64,000 bases of DNA from Candidatus Poseidonia alphae (GCA_002505405.1 DAVD01000012.1:39809-103808); one strand, 5' to 3'; shown: positions 1-10,429, counted from the first letter of the stretch. Numbers and translations are program-made. The notes: a model not told the origin generated them from the letters alone.

Positions 1-1
1 T

Positions 2-1048
2 GATATTGCTTACTATAATGTCTATGCTGCTACGTTTGAGTTTGCTGGTGCAAACCCGAACGGTCAAGCCCTAACGGCCATCGCGTTCCTGGACAGAAAT
101 CCGTCACTTCCGCTCACCATCGATGTGGTTGCCGGCGACACTCCAGTCATCCCTGGCCAAGACATCTGGGTGGCAGTGGTTGCAGTGGATACATCTGGCA
201 ATGCACACACAACCGACCTTACCGTTGTCAAAGCACAATCGATTGACGATGGCGTCACGGACCCTGGAAATTACCTCCCTGATATTGAATCGATCACCGC
301 TTCATGGGACGATGAAACCAATATTTTCGTTGAATGGGACCATTCAACCGATGCGCAAGTTCGCGGCTACCATATCTACATCTCAGACTCGGCGTTTGAA
401 GACATTGCAGATGCAACGATGGTTGGCGATATCAAGGCGTCAAATTCATTCTTGATTACCCCCTCCTTGTTTGAAGCCCTTGACAACGGCAGTGCGTGGT
501 ACGTCGCCGTAACACCGTACGACGAAAGCCTCAGCAAGGAGTCTGTAATTTCGGTCAAGTTGAACGCACTCGGAGATGAAGATAGCGGCTCTACGGATGG
601 AGACGGTTCTGGTGAATTGTCGCTAGAGTCCCTTCTCACCGGACCGAACTTGATTGCGGCGGGTATGCTCATCATCGTGTTGCTCTTGGTCGTACTTGTT
701 GTCCGCTCAAGAGGAAGCAGCAGTCGCCGGTCGAAGAGTTGGGAACTGCAAGAAGCAACTTGGGGTATCCAAGACCAAGGCTGGGGGAACACTCCGAATC
801 AAGCACCTCCTGCACCTTCTTCACCTGCACCTGCTCCACCACAAGGTGTTTCTCAGCAACAAGCGACTGACATCTACACTGCTGCAAACCAAATTCAAGG
901 GAACAATTACGGCCGTTCCGAATACCAACAAACTCAGCCGGTATTGCAGCCCCAGGTACGTACGGATGTATTTGATGACCTCTTGGGTGAACAAACTCCA
1001 CCCCCTTCGCCACAAATTGATACGTCGTTCCTAGACGATCTTCTCTGA
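2..1048 (+). CDS. Cell-surface protein, 5'-truncated at window start; C-terminal TM helix followed by Pro/Gln-rich low-complexity tail
   Basis: Open frame runs without a stop from nt 2. The acidic Thr/Asp-rich ectodomain ends in a hydrophobic stretch IAAGMLIIVLLLVVLVV followed by RSRGSSSRR and a Pro/Gln-rich tail. Confidence 0.5.
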   Translation, partial: DIAYYNVYAATFEFAGANPNGQALTAIAFLDRNPSLPLTIDVVAGDTPVIPGQDIWVAVVAVDTSGNAHTTDLTVVKAQSIDDGVTDPGNYLPDIESITASWDDETNIFVEWDHSTDAQVRGYHIYISDSAFEDIADATMVGDIKASNSFLITPSLFEALDNGSAWYVAVTPYDESLSKESVISVKLNALGDEDSGSTDGDGSGELSLESLLTGPNLIAAGMLIIVLLLVVLVVRSRGSSSRRSKSWELQEATWGIQDQGWGNTPNQAPPAPSSPAPAPPQGVSQQQATDIYTAANQIQGNNYGRSEYQQTQPVLQPQVRTDVFDDLLGEQTPPPSPQIDTSFLDDLL

Positions 1049-1057
1049 GGCGAAGGA

Positions 1058-1780
1058 ATGAGTCAAGTCAGAGGACCCCGGGATGAGGTCTTTACCACCG
1101 CGGTAGTGAATTCAGAAGGAAAGCTTGCTGACGCTCCTGCACATCTCAAACGTATGAAGGACCACGCTAAGCGGTTGAGAATAGCCCTACCCGATGAATT
1201 TCCAGCAACGGGACTTGAAGGAAAGGAAATGGGTCTCGTTCGACTGTCGTACTCAAGCCAAACCGGTTGGAAGGTTCAATACCGAGCTTTCACCGTTCGC
1301 AACGAAGCATTGGATGCGATATCGACTCCCGCCCCACGGTGGAATCCAAAAACAAACGGATGCAAGCATGGAGACTGGGCGCCCTACAATGACGCCCGAG
1401 CAATGGCGGAGAAGGCCGGCTGTGATGTTGCTCTCTTCGTTCATGAACACGCATTGGTTGACGGTGACCGTGGCACACCTCTGTTGCTTGATGAAGACGG
1501 AACGGTTTGGCTGCCAGCTGACGATGATGGAGGAGTGGATGGAATCACCGCATCATTCCTCGAAGCACGACTTCCGGAATTTGGATTGCCTGTAATGCGA
1601 GGGAGGTTGAACGAGCGTCTCGTTGCCCGATGTCATGAACTGGTGGTTGTCGGATCCGGACTCGGGGCTTGTCGGGTGGACTCCATTGACGGGGAACGCG
1701 TGGGGCAGTCCACTGTTTTATCGGAACAATGTCAAAAAATTATCAACCAACATTTTACCCAAGAGGCAACGTGGTCCTAG
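1058..1780 (+). CDS. pabC: Aminodeoxychorismate lyase (class IV aminotransferase fold)
   Basis: Class-IV motifs are present (HLKRMKDHAKRLRIAL ~ EHLxRLxxSA; WNPKTNGCK ~ KttN Lys; GTPLLLDEDGTVWLP). It lies immediately upstream of the PabB/PabA fusion. Confidence 0.6.
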   Translation: MSQVRGPRDEVFTTAVVNSEGKLADAPAHLKRMKDHAKRLRIALPDEFPATGLEGKEMGLVRLSYSSQTGWKVQYRAFTVRNEALDAISTPAPRWNPKTNGCKHGDWAPYNDARAMAEKAGCDVALFVHEHALVDGDRGTPLLLDEDGTVWLPADDDGGVDGITASFLEARLPEFGLPVMRGRLNERLVARCHELVVVGSGLGACRVDSIDGERVGQSTVLSEQCQKIINQHFTQEATWS

Positions 1781-1793
1781 ACGGGGCGGTCGT

Positions 1794-4034
1794 ATGTCGG
1801 TGAACATGACCGAAATTTCCACCCACTTGAGCCAACATAAATTACTCGGAGAGGGAGCGTTTCAACACGGTTCCCCGGACAAAGTATTGTTGGTTTCTGG
1901 AGGTCCTGCGTCGCATCTCGCCAACTGGTCGATGCTTGCCTCACCTCCAAAAAGACGAGCGATCATCCGTCAACCACCCCGCTCACAAATGCCAGCAGCA
2001 GAACAGCATTCTCCACTCTCCGGAACCATACGACTGACGGAAGAAAAGTGTGATTTAAGAGCCGAAGTTGAGGAATGGAAACACGGCAGTTGGTATCACA
2101 GCGTAACCCTTGTTGCCTCTGACATCGCCGATTTACTGAACAAATTGCAACCGATTACATCTCCTGAACCTTTTGACAAACCCGGTTGTAAAGGAATGGC
2201 TTCTGGCCCTTTCTGGTCCGGGGCAATGGCCTACGATATGATGCAGTGGACCCAACCGCTTCTCCTCCAAAAACCTCCTCGTGAGGGCACGATTTTGAGT
2301 GTTATGTGGCTGATTGAAGGAGGAGTTTGTCACGACCGCCACGAGGACAAAGTCAGCGTTTTTGGCACGGAATCACCCTGGACCGCAAAGGCAGAAAAAG
2401 CGCTCACTGCAGCCCCCTCTGAATTCATTGAGGGCACTCCATTGCAACGCGTAGAGACGACGACTCACGATGATGAAACCCATATGGAGAACATCGAGCG
2501 CGTTCGCCAAGGAATCGTTGCAGGGCAGGTGTATCAGGTCAATGTTGGAAAGCACTGGCAAGGGCCGATTGGCCATCCTTTTGATGTGTTTAAGCACCTG
2601 ACACAAAACAATCCTGCTCCGTATTCTGTTTACCTTGAAGCGGTTGATGTGGGATTGGCCTTAGCCAGCTCGTCACCGGAGTCTCTGCTGGATTGCGATG
2701 AACAACACATCCGCTCGTCTCCAATCAAAGGAACCTGTCTGCAGGGATCAACGGCTGAGGACGCTGCAGCCCTACGAAAAGCCATGCTCGAAGATGAAAA
2801 AGAACGTGCGGAACATCGTATGCTTGCTGACCTCATGCGAAATGATCTGTCCAGTGTGTGTGAGGTAGGTTCGGTTGACATTGACCGCTTTGATGTTGAA
2901 GTGTACTCCAACGTTCAGCACCTTGTCAGCCATATCACAGGGACATTCAAAACCGAACATAATGGAAAAACTGCCTTTCAGTCCATCTTTCCAGGAGGCT
3001 CAATCACGGGTTGTCCCAGAACGATGGTTTGCGCTGTGATCGATGAACTCGAACAGCATCCACGTTCGTTTTGGACCGGTTCAGCAGGCTGGGTGGACGT
3101 TCACACCGGTTCTTCATCCTGGAACATCTTGATCAGGACGCTTGAGGCGCATCGAACCGCATCTGGATGGAACGGAAGCATTGGGGCTGGTGGAGGAATT
3201 ACCATTGCTTCAGATGCAGCAAAGGAAGTTTCAGAAGCGGTTTGGAAAGGTGCAGCATTGCGAATTGCTTCGGGGTGGATGAAAGCCGACGACAGTCCCG
3301 TCCCGCGAGGTGAACTTGAGATTCACCCCATTGCTCATCAAAAGCAAAAAACCGCCATCAGAACGCTATCATCGGTTCAAACCCTGCAACAGTGCATTGA
3401 ACACAACAGAGATTGCGGCGTACTCTTTATTGACAATTTGGACTCCTTCTCACTCAATGTTGCAGACGCTATCGCTCAGTCGGGACACGATGTTACCGTC
3501 CTAGCTGGACGTAACAATCATGCAGAAATGTTGTCAGACCCTACTGCGCTCTTTGACCTTCTTGACCGCCTTCAACCGACGCACATCGTTCTCGGCCCTG
3601 GCCCGGGCACTCCTGAGGATGCGCCTCTGACGATGGCTCTCGCTCATCATGCCCTTGCAGGCCAACTAGCGGTTCCTGTCCTGGGGCTTTGTCTAGGTCA
3701 CCAAGCACTTGCCCTTGCAGACGGAATGGAAGTGCTCCCCTCTCCACGCGGCCCTGTTCATGGCGTTCCTGTTCATATTGACCACGACGGCACGGGTCTG
3801 TTCGCAACTTCAGCATCGCCTGCAGTATTCACCCGATACAATTCTCTCATCGCCAACGAGCAAGACGGTCAGTCATTCATCATCAACGCTCGAGAAGAGG
3901 GGACGGGGTTGGTGATGGGTGTGCGTCACCCTTTACACCCCATTCATGGCGTTCAGTTTCATCCAGAGTCAATTGGCTCACCGGAAGGACGGGCTATCAT
4001 TCAAGAATTTCTTCTGAATCCATCGGATGGTTGA
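1794..4034 (+). CDS. pabB: Aminodeoxychorismate synthase, fused component I (chorismate-binding, N-term) and glutamine amidotransferase component II (C-term)
   Basis: N-terminal PFWSGAMAYDMMQW (~PFxGGxxGY). Chorismate-binding core motifs SSPIKGTCLQG, MLADLMRNDL and FPGGSITGCPRTM. The C-terminal class-I GATase has FIDNLDSFS, the catalytic GLCLGHQAL and HGVQFHPES. Start chosen at the internal ATG (M58 of the ORF) after the pabC stop. Confidence 0.75.
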   Translation: MSVNMTEISTHLSQHKLLGEGAFQHGSPDKVLLVSGGPASHLANWSMLASPPKRRAIIRQPPRSQMPAAEQHSPLSGTIRLTEEKCDLRAEVEEWKHGSWYHSVTLVASDIADLLNKLQPITSPEPFDKPGCKGMASGPFWSGAMAYDMMQWTQPLLLQKPPREGTILSVMWLIEGGVCHDRHEDKVSVFGTESPWTAKAEKALTAAPSEFIEGTPLQRVETTTHDDETHMENIERVRQGIVAGQVYQVNVGKHWQGPIGHPFDVFKHLTQNNPAPYSVYLEAVDVGLALASSSPESLLDCDEQHIRSSPIKGTCLQGSTAEDAAALRKAMLEDEKERAEHRMLADLMRNDLSSVCEVGSVDIDRFDVEVYSNVQHLVSHITGTFKTEHNGKTAFQSIFPGGSITGCPRTMVCAVIDELEQHPRSFWTGSAGWVDVHTGSSSWNILIRTLEAHRTASGWNGSIGAGGGITIASDAAKEVSEAVWKGAALRIASGWMKADDSPVPRGELEIHPIAHQKQKTAIRTLSSVQTLQQCIEHNRDCGVLFIDNLDSFSLNVADAIAQSGHDVTVLAGRNNHAEMLSDPTALFDLLDRLQPTHIVLGPGPGTPEDAPLTMALAHHALAGQLAVPVLGLCLGHQALALADGMEVLPSPRGPVHGVPVHIDHDGTGLFATSASPAVFTRYNSLIANEQDGQSFIINAREEGTGLVMGVRHPLHPIHGVQFHPESIGSPEGRAIIQEFLLNPSDG

Positions 4035-4070
4035 AGAATCCCTTGCCGTTGGCCAACTTGAGGGGACGCC

Positions 4071-4457
4071 ATGCCAGCATGCCGACATTGTGGAAGCACT
4101 TATCCGCGTGAATTTTTCATTCATGGGGTTGGACCTCGTGCACAGGTGTGTGCACAATGCGGTTTAGACAAAGGCTTGGTCACCAAGGAAGAAGTCCCCC
4201 TTCTCTTTGACAAACAGCTTGCTAACGCTCGGTTTTCCGCCGTAGCTCGACGTTACAGTATCTTCCTCTATGTCCCGTTCCTTTGGGCTCTTTGGGGATT
4301 CACTCTCTCTGACATTAAGCCGTGGGGACTCTTTTTCCTCGGCTTGTTGATTGTCCTTACGCTTCTTGCGCCGGTCATCTTCATCTATCGCGGTGGACGT
4401 TATTCCGGAGATATGGCTCGCTTGAGTCCAGCATACGATCGTCCAAAAGGCCACTGA
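4071..4457 (+). CDS. Small membrane protein with N-terminal CxxC..CxxC zinc ribbon
   Basis: CRHCGS...CAQCG followed by two predicted TM helices. Confidence 0.35.
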   Translation: MPACRHCGSTYPREFFIHGVGPRAQVCAQCGLDKGLVTKEEVPLLFDKQLANARFSAVARRYSIFLYVPFLWALWGFTLSDIKPWGLFFLGLLIVLTLLAPVIFIYRGGRYSGDMARLSPAYDRPKGH

Positions 4458-4458
4458 A

Positions 4459-5748
4459 TCACGATTTAGCGTGAATTTTGAGGACGTCGCCATCAGTCAA
4501 TTCGTGGTCTGCGCCAACAACTCGGCGTGTTCTTCCATCAACGCCCCGAATGAACCCATCTCCCAAATCAGTGTGGACATGGTAAGCAAGAGCTTTGGCT
4601 TGAATTCCTGATGAGACAACAAAGGCGTCGGGCAATACTTTGCCGTCACCGTCCACCCAATGGGTTTCATCTTGTACGGGGTACACTACAATCTGATTGA
4701 GAAGTTCAAACAGCACTCGGTCCAATAAGCGAGCAACTCCAGTTCCATTCGACGATTTCATACGAGCGAGCATGTGGGCCAGGGCTTTGGTTTGAGGTTC
4801 ATTCAGCGAAGAAGAATCATTGATTGAAAACGTTGCTTCTCCGGGATGGTACGAGATGATATTGGCGTTAGCCGCCCTCCGAAGCGCAAGTTCAACGTCG
4901 GCCATGCAAGGTTCAATCGAATACAATGAAAGGTCGTCGATCACACCTTCTGGGGCAATGTCCCATTTGTTCGCAGCATATGCAATAGGGAACAGACCTT
5001 GTCGTAGCGTCACTGCCAATGTTCGAAGAACTTCTTCATTCCAATCCCAAGGCTGCCCTTCAGGTCGTTGCTCTTGCTGGAATTGCAGCATGCATTGGGA
5101 AACGAGTTGAGTCGTAGCCCCTAGCCCGCTTAATCGCTCTTGAACGAATGAAGCCAAGCCTTTCTCTCCCTCCGCTTGGACTCTGCGGACACCACGGGTC
5201 CAGCCCTCGTTGAGAATGCCGGCAATCCAGGCATCAAGTTCTTCCTCGAGAAAAGCGATCTCCTGTTTCAAACCGTTGATCGCATCTTCCTTTGAGGAAG
5301 CACCGCCAAGAAACTGCCCCTCTACGTCGGTTGTTCCAGCGGCATCGACGACTTGAATCAGAACGTTCGAATTGGCCAGGTCTGAAAGAAAGGCATTGCC
5401 CCGCCCTCTTCCTTCACTCGCCCCTGGAACAAGACCTGCTACATCAACAAGGGCTACGGGGACAAAACGACGGTGACCAACACAAGAACCCGTCCTCGGT
5501 TGGCAGAGGCTTCCTTGACGCGGATCTTCTGCTGAAGTGGGTTCAAGGCGTCCTTCGGATTCTAATTTCTCACGCAAGGCTTTGCACGGGCAAGGAAGGC
5601 GTGCTTCTACGAAAGCAACTCCAACGTTAGGGTCGATGGTACAAAACGGATAGTTCGCAATATCAACCTGAGCGAGTGTTGCTGCGCTAAAAAACGTAGA
5701 TTTGCCCACATTCGGTTTGCCAACGAGGCCTATGCGCACCGTCATCAC
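4459..5748 (-). CDS. ychF: Obg-like GTPase/ATPase, YchF/OLA1 family
   Basis: IGLVGKPNVGKSTFFSAAT P-loop, ANYPFCTIDPNVGV and DVAGLVPGASEGRGRGNAFL match the YchF G-motif order. Confidence 0.8.
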   Translation of the reverse strand: MMTVRIGLVGKPNVGKSTFFSAATLAQVDIANYPFCTIDPNVGVAFVEARLPCPCKALREKLESEGRLEPTSAEDPRQGSLCQPRTGSCVGHRRFVPVALVDVAGLVPGASEGRGRGNAFLSDLANSNVLIQVVDAAGTTDVEGQFLGGASSKEDAINGLKQEIAFLEEELDAWIAGILNEGWTRGVRRVQAEGEKGLASFVQERLSGLGATTQLVSQCMLQFQQEQRPEGQPWDWNEEVLRTLAVTLRQGLFPIAYAANKWDIAPEGVIDDLSLYSIEPCMADVELALRRAANANIISYHPGEATFSINDSSSLNEPQTKALAHMLARMKSSNGTGVARLLDRVLFELLNQIVVYPVQDETHWVDGDGKVLPDAFVVSSGIQAKALAYHVHTDLGDGFIRGVDGRTRRVVGADHELTDGDVLKIHAKS

Positions 5749-5763
5749 GCCCGATGAAGACCC

Positions 5764-7758
5764 TCATTCTTCCTCGGAACCTGCCGAGGGAGTGATGTCG
5801 TAGTCTCGCTTGATTTGAGCAATAGCAATATCAAGTTCTGGAAGGTTGAGTTCTCCGTCGCCATCAAGGTCCATAATCTGCATCAATTCGCCCGAGTCAA
5901 CGGAGGAAAGAGCATCAATATCTGTTGCTTGAAGGGCGGTAAGGAATTCTTCTTCGTCAACTTTTCCTGAAGCATCCAAATCCATGGACCGGAACAGGTC
6001 AAAGACGGATTGGCCTTTGTCTTCAAGGTACTGCACCAGTTGAATCATGGCTTCTGTTGGGGCCTTTGAAGGGAACTCTGTGATCTCATCGTTGTGGAGT
6101 GAGGAGTCAACGGCGATGATGGTTGAGCCGCCCTCGGTGTCTTCGGTTTGCGTTACAACCAATTCCGTGTCAACGCCAACACCACGACCGATGAGCGTGC
6201 GGATGGTGGTTGATGAGCCTGCTATCAAGGTGTAGGTATTCACATCAGAAACCGTTTCAGAGGAAACCGAACGACCTGTTGAGGAGATCCCGGTTCGTAT
6301 GGTCACAAGGGTTGCGAGGATTGTTCCGATTCCAAGAAGGTAGAACATAGCCGCTCCAGTGAGGAAGAATCCACCTGATGGAGCCACTGCATCTTCGATG
6401 CCGGAGGTTGCAATTGCATTGGTTGTGAAATCCCCTACGAGGAAGGTCACGGTAGAGGCCACGCCACCAACAAGGACCATCCAAACCGCCAGGTTAGCGG
6501 TTGATGGAGTAGCGAGTGGTTTTCCAATCGCCATTGGGTAACTGTTGAACACGGAGGAAAGAATGAGGAGTCCGCCAACGGTGAACATCATTCCCATGTC
6601 CACGCTGTGCGCCATGCTTCCAAGTTCTCCAGTTCCGACAAAGATATCCATCGCCGTGAAATATCCGCCGATAGCAAAGAACGGGAGGAGGACGAATGCA
6701 AGCAAACCAGCCATCGAGCCAGGGTTCTTTACCACGGAATCCATTCCTGAATTCGCCGTCATGATGATGTTAACAGAGGCTGCGAAGACCGGAAGCAATC
6801 CTAAGGTGAGAAGGATGGCTCCGAAGTTCACCAAAACGTTGCTACCATCAGCGCTTGACATGAAGAACGGGGGGAGGGTCACAAAGAGCAGAAGCATGCT
6901 TGCAGAGCGCATCGAACCGGACCAGATGGGTTGCTTGGCAACCATAGGAACGGTGTAGTATCCCACTGAAAACATCAGTGCAAGAGGGACCCAGCCGTTT
7001 GAGACGCGCTCTCCGAGCCAGACTGTTTGTGTCGAGTCTGCAACTTCGCCAATGAAGATGTAAATCATGGCGAAGATCTTGGAAACCAGAGCCATAATGA
7101 GGAACCAAGAACTGGTTGACAGTTCTTGTTCTCCACGAGTAGAAGCGGTGATCAAGACGTTGATGAGCACCGGGACAAGAAGCAAACCTACGGCAAGCGA
7201 TTCCAAACTGAGCAGGAGCGTAGAGACGGCGAAAGATTCTGTGTCAACATCAAGGAAACCGAAAATGAACGGGAGAAGAACGCTCACGATGAGAACGACC
7301 GTCAACAACAAGGCCACCATTGAAGCATTTGCTTCACTTGCAAGACGCCCGTTTCCGTTTCGAGATACTGCAACGAGGCCTCCTCCGACAAGGCCGTAGA
7401 TGAGAGCCAAGCCAAGAAGCCTCTGCGTAGCGTCCCGAAGGGAGGAGCCGTCGTCGTAAGACCAGCCAATGCTTGCTAGCGAATCAAGAGCTCGAGGGTC
7501 GTAGTTATGCCAAGCGGCCAAAAATCCAAGAATACCAGCGAAGACAAACCAGAGCATTCCGAAGTTCATCCATGTACGCGACCCGCTGCCATCTTTGTCA
7601 TCAAAGATATCTACGAGGCCTGGAGGGTTCTTCCTGAGAATGAACAACCCGATTTGCTGGAGCGCCCCGCCCACGTCCCCAGCACCGCGTGCTAGGGTTT
7701 GAGAAAGGAAAAAGAGCGTAGCGATGAGAAGCGTGCCGGTGATAAAAATAATTTCCAT
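5764..7758 (-). CDS. Polytopic membrane protein with C-terminal pair of EF-hand Ca2+-binding loops
   Basis: About 12 hydrophobic segments. C-terminal DLDASGKVDEEEF and DLDGDGELNLPEL are canonical EF-hand DxDxDG loops. Confidence 0.45.
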   Translation of the reverse strand: MEIIFITGTLLIATLFFLSQTLARGAGDVGGALQQIGLFILRKNPPGLVDIFDDKDGSGSRTWMNFGMLWFVFAGILGFLAAWHNYDPRALDSLASIGWSYDDGSSLRDATQRLLGLALIYGLVGGGLVAVSRNGNGRLASEANASMVALLLTVVLIVSVLLPFIFGFLDVDTESFAVSTLLLSLESLAVGLLLVPVLINVLITASTRGEQELSTSSWFLIMALVSKIFAMIYIFIGEVADSTQTVWLGERVSNGWVPLALMFSVGYYTVPMVAKQPIWSGSMRSASMLLLFVTLPPFFMSSADGSNVLVNFGAILLTLGLLPVFAASVNIIMTANSGMDSVVKNPGSMAGLLAFVLLPFFAIGGYFTAMDIFVGTGELGSMAHSVDMGMMFTVGGLLILSSVFNSYPMAIGKPLATPSTANLAVWMVLVGGVASTVTFLVGDFTTNAIATSGIEDAVAPSGGFFLTGAAMFYLLGIGTILATLVTIRTGISSTGRSVSSETVSDVNTYTLIAGSSTTIRTLIGRGVGVDTELVVTQTEDTEGGSTIIAVDSSLHNDEITEFPSKAPTEAMIQLVQYLEDKGQSVFDLFRSMDLDASGKVDEEEFLTALQATDIDALSSVDSGELMQIMDLDGDGELNLPELDIAIAQIKRDYDITPSAGSEEE

Positions 7759-7772
7759 ACATCACACCTCCA

Positions 7773-8054
7773 TCATTCTGCGAGTACCTCACCCACGAGT
7801 GTTGCTACGATTGCACCAACACCAACAAGGAATCCAATCAAGTAGTACCAGATTCCACTACCGCCCAAATTCTGCACCAAAGGAACGAGTTCTCCGAGCA
7901 ACGGAAGGTTGTCCCAACCGAAGACATTTGCAAACAAAGAATAGAGGCCCAAAAGGCCAACAAAGAACAACGTGAGAATCACGCGACTTGATGTTGGTTC
8001 TCCTGTTCCGACGGTTGTATCTGGAAGGGTTGTGGAATTTGACACGGGCCTCAC
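7773..8054 (-). CDS. Small membrane protein
   Basis: 93-aa ORF with two hydrophobic helices directly upstream of, and co-oriented with, the EF-hand membrane protein. Confidence 0.3.
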   Translation of the reverse strand: MRPVSNSTTLPDTTVGTGEPTSSRVILTLFFVGLLGLYSLFANVFGWDNLPLLGELVPLVQNLGGSGIWYYLIGFLVGVGAIVATLVGEVLAE

Positions 8055-8154
8055 CTCAAATTGACCCCATAGGGGTCATTCCTCCGACTTGCCGGGCGGT
8101 CATAAACGTTCACCATCACAGGCGAAGGAAAAGGGGTGCCTGTGGCCAAAGAAT

Positions 8155-9330
8155 TCACGGTGAACGCAACGTCTCAAGGGTTGGGGCTCGTCGAGGCTTT
8201 GAAAGTCCCAAAGGAAGGGGAAGTTGGCGCTCGAGCATCAACTCAGTCTGCCATTTCTTTTGACATTCACATTCCAACCCGTCAAATTCCAAGAGGCTGC
8301 CCGAGACGGCATAGCGTTCGATGGCTGCAACAACTTCTCCATCGCACGAACCGCAATTGTGCGATCCTCGAATCTTTCCTCCGGCGGTGGGGTGGACGAT
8401 CAAGCGTGAAACTTGGTCTTCTTCTCCGTTCATTCCGCCTTTGGGATGAATGAAGGGGTGCGCCCGTTGAATCATGGCGACAAGTGACCAAAGCCACGGA
8501 GGCCGGTATTCATTGTGGCGATGCAAGCGGTCGATGACGGTCCCGCGTTGGATGTTCATTGGATTGACTGAAATTTCATCAGAACGCTCTGCAACCGCTT
8601 CAATCCATTTGATACTGTGATCCAAGGCGTCAGCCTCGCTCATGAATGGGGGTTTGAACATGAGGTATGTTTTCACTCGGAGATTGAACGTTTCCAGGTT
8701 GGTCACGGCGCGATCCCAAGAAGCCGTTGAGAATCCCTTGTTCACATGGAACCGAAGCACTTCGTCGTCGTAAGCTTCCAGTCCAATCGCAACGGTGAAG
8801 GAAGGGTTGATCGATGTGGCCCATTCAAGTTTAGCTTCTGTTAATTGTTCACATCGGCTTTCTACAATCAATTCTTTTCCGAGTTCAGCGCAATCACGGA
8901 GGACTGTTTCTTGGAATTCAACGGGAATTTCTCTATCCTCGAGCAGGGACCCTGAAGTGTATACCTTCACCATGGCGTGTTCTTCGAAGCCGTCCAGTTT
9001 CTCTTTTGCATAGGCCCATTGAGCATGAAGGTCATCGTTGGTTACATCGTCCCTGGTATCGTTGAAGTAGCCGCAGAACGTGCACCCCGATGACCACCAC
9101 CAATGGCAGCCCTTGGTCCGGAGAATGACGGTTGCGGCGGTACATGGAGTGCCGTCTGGCAGTGCTTCTGGGGTAGTATATACTGTTGCAGGTTCGCTCG
9201 CATCCCAAGATTGCTGGCGCGCTTTTGCCCACGGAGTATTGGCTGGAGCCTTGACCAAATCGTGAATGCGCAAGCCCTTCTTACCTTGACCGAGAAGATG
9301 CAGGTTGGGCGGCTCCGACATGTGCTCCAC
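8155..9330 (-). CDS. Radical-SAM-like protein with non-canonical Cys spacing (TIGR01210-like archaeal family?)
   Basis: ILRTKGCHWWWSSGCTFCGY gives Cx7Cx2C. A second Cys cluster CGSCDG...ECEC lies near the C-terminus. The family assignment is tentative. Confidence 0.4.
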   Translation of the reverse strand: MEHMSEPPNLHLLGQGKKGLRIHDLVKAPANTPWAKARQQSWDASEPATVYTTPEALPDGTPCTAATVILRTKGCHWWWSSGCTFCGYFNDTRDDVTNDDLHAQWAYAKEKLDGFEEHAMVKVYTSGSLLEDREIPVEFQETVLRDCAELGKELIVESRCEQLTEAKLEWATSINPSFTVAIGLEAYDDEVLRFHVNKGFSTASWDRAVTNLETFNLRVKTYLMFKPPFMSEADALDHSIKWIEAVAERSDEISVNPMNIQRGTVIDRLHRHNEYRPPWLWSLVAMIQRAHPFIHPKGGMNGEEDQVSRLIVHPTAGGKIRGSHNCGSCDGEVVAAIERYAVSGSLLEFDGLECECQKKWQTELMLERQLPLPLGLSKPRRAPTLETLRSP

Positions 9331-9355
9331 TGACGTGCCGTCGGCATTTGAGGTT

Positions 9356-10429
9356 TCAAACCACCGCAGCGGGTTGTGTTAGGCTATTTTCGAAAAAGGA
9401 CACCAAATGCCCTCGGTAGGTTTCGGTTTGAGTCATCATCAGCGTGACGTGTGAAAGCACACCTGGCTCATCCCCATCTTGATGCGAAATTGAGGAATTG
9501 CCAAACCAGCACTCAACGAAACCGCCTTCCTTGACGTTGTTCTTTCCTGCATTACACATGGCATTGCCGTGGTGAATCTTGATGCGATAGTCGTCGTTTG
9601 ATTGCGTAATGAACATCGAGCGGTTTCCAATGTTTTCCGCACCAGATAACGGTTCAAATTTGACAAGGTTGTCCCCACTCTGGATTTTCCCAGCGAACAC
9701 TGCTGCATCCTTGAGGAAGGTGGGGAATCCGGCAAACTCCAATTCTTCGGATATGATCCGATCCATAGAGGAGAACGGGGAGTCCAAGAATACCGCCTCA
9801 ATGTCCCGCTCTTGGTCAAAAGCGATGGCGGTTGTTCCTGCTCCAAGAGAAATTCCCATAATTCCGATTGAAGGGGCAGGCACACCTTTCTCCTCCTGTA
9901 GCCACGACCAAACAGCAAGAACATCCCGGTACTCTCGTTGCCCTGCTGAAACCAGCCCGTCTTCTACGGTACTGTCACCATGGTCCCTCAAATCAAAAAG
10001 AATGACGTTGAAATTCGCTTGATGCAGCATGGCTGCAGGAATCAATACCTCGTGATTGGCCTTACAGGAACGAATACCATGAACGAGAATAACCCAGGGC
10101 TGTGATGCATTGGTTTCCATGACCCAGGCGGCCAAGGTAATCGGTTCATCGGGCACATCAATCGTAGCGTTATCCCATTGGTCAAACCAAAACGATTCCA
10201 TGTCCGAGGCAATCGTAGCATTCTTTTCCATCATCCCTTCTTCCAAACCTTCGTCCCAAAGATGCGGAGTAAAGTTGTCCGGGGTATTGTACGGCGCATG
10301 GTCGGAACATTCCAGATTGCTTGCTGCAGCCTGTGTGTAAACCAGACTCCCAAGTTGATAATACACAACAGGCATGCTGCATATGAGCAAAATAAGTATG
10401 GCGGGTATGCTTCTCTTCCATCGACTCAT
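9356..10429 (-). CDS. Membrane-anchored alpha/beta-fold hydrolase
   Basis: N-terminal TM helix, HG oxyanion-like VILVHGIRS, nucleophile elbow GISLG and Asp-rich DSPFS. Confidence 0.5.
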   Translation of the reverse strand: MSRWKRSIPAILILLICSMPVVYYQLGSLVYTQAAASNLECSDHAPYNTPDNFTPHLWDEGLEEGMMEKNATIASDMESFWFDQWDNATIDVPDEPITLAAWVMETNASQPWVILVHGIRSCKANHEVLIPAAMLHQANFNVILFDLRDHGDSTVEDGLVSAGQREYRDVLAVWSWLQEEKGVPAPSIGIMGISLGAGTTAIAFDQERDIEAVFLDSPFSSMDRIISEELEFAGFPTFLKDAAVFAGKIQSGDNLVKFEPLSGAENIGNRSMFITQSNDDYRIKIHHGNAMCNAGKNNVKEGGFVECWFGNSSISHQDGDEPGVLSHVTLMMTQTETYRGHLVSFFENSLTQPAAVV

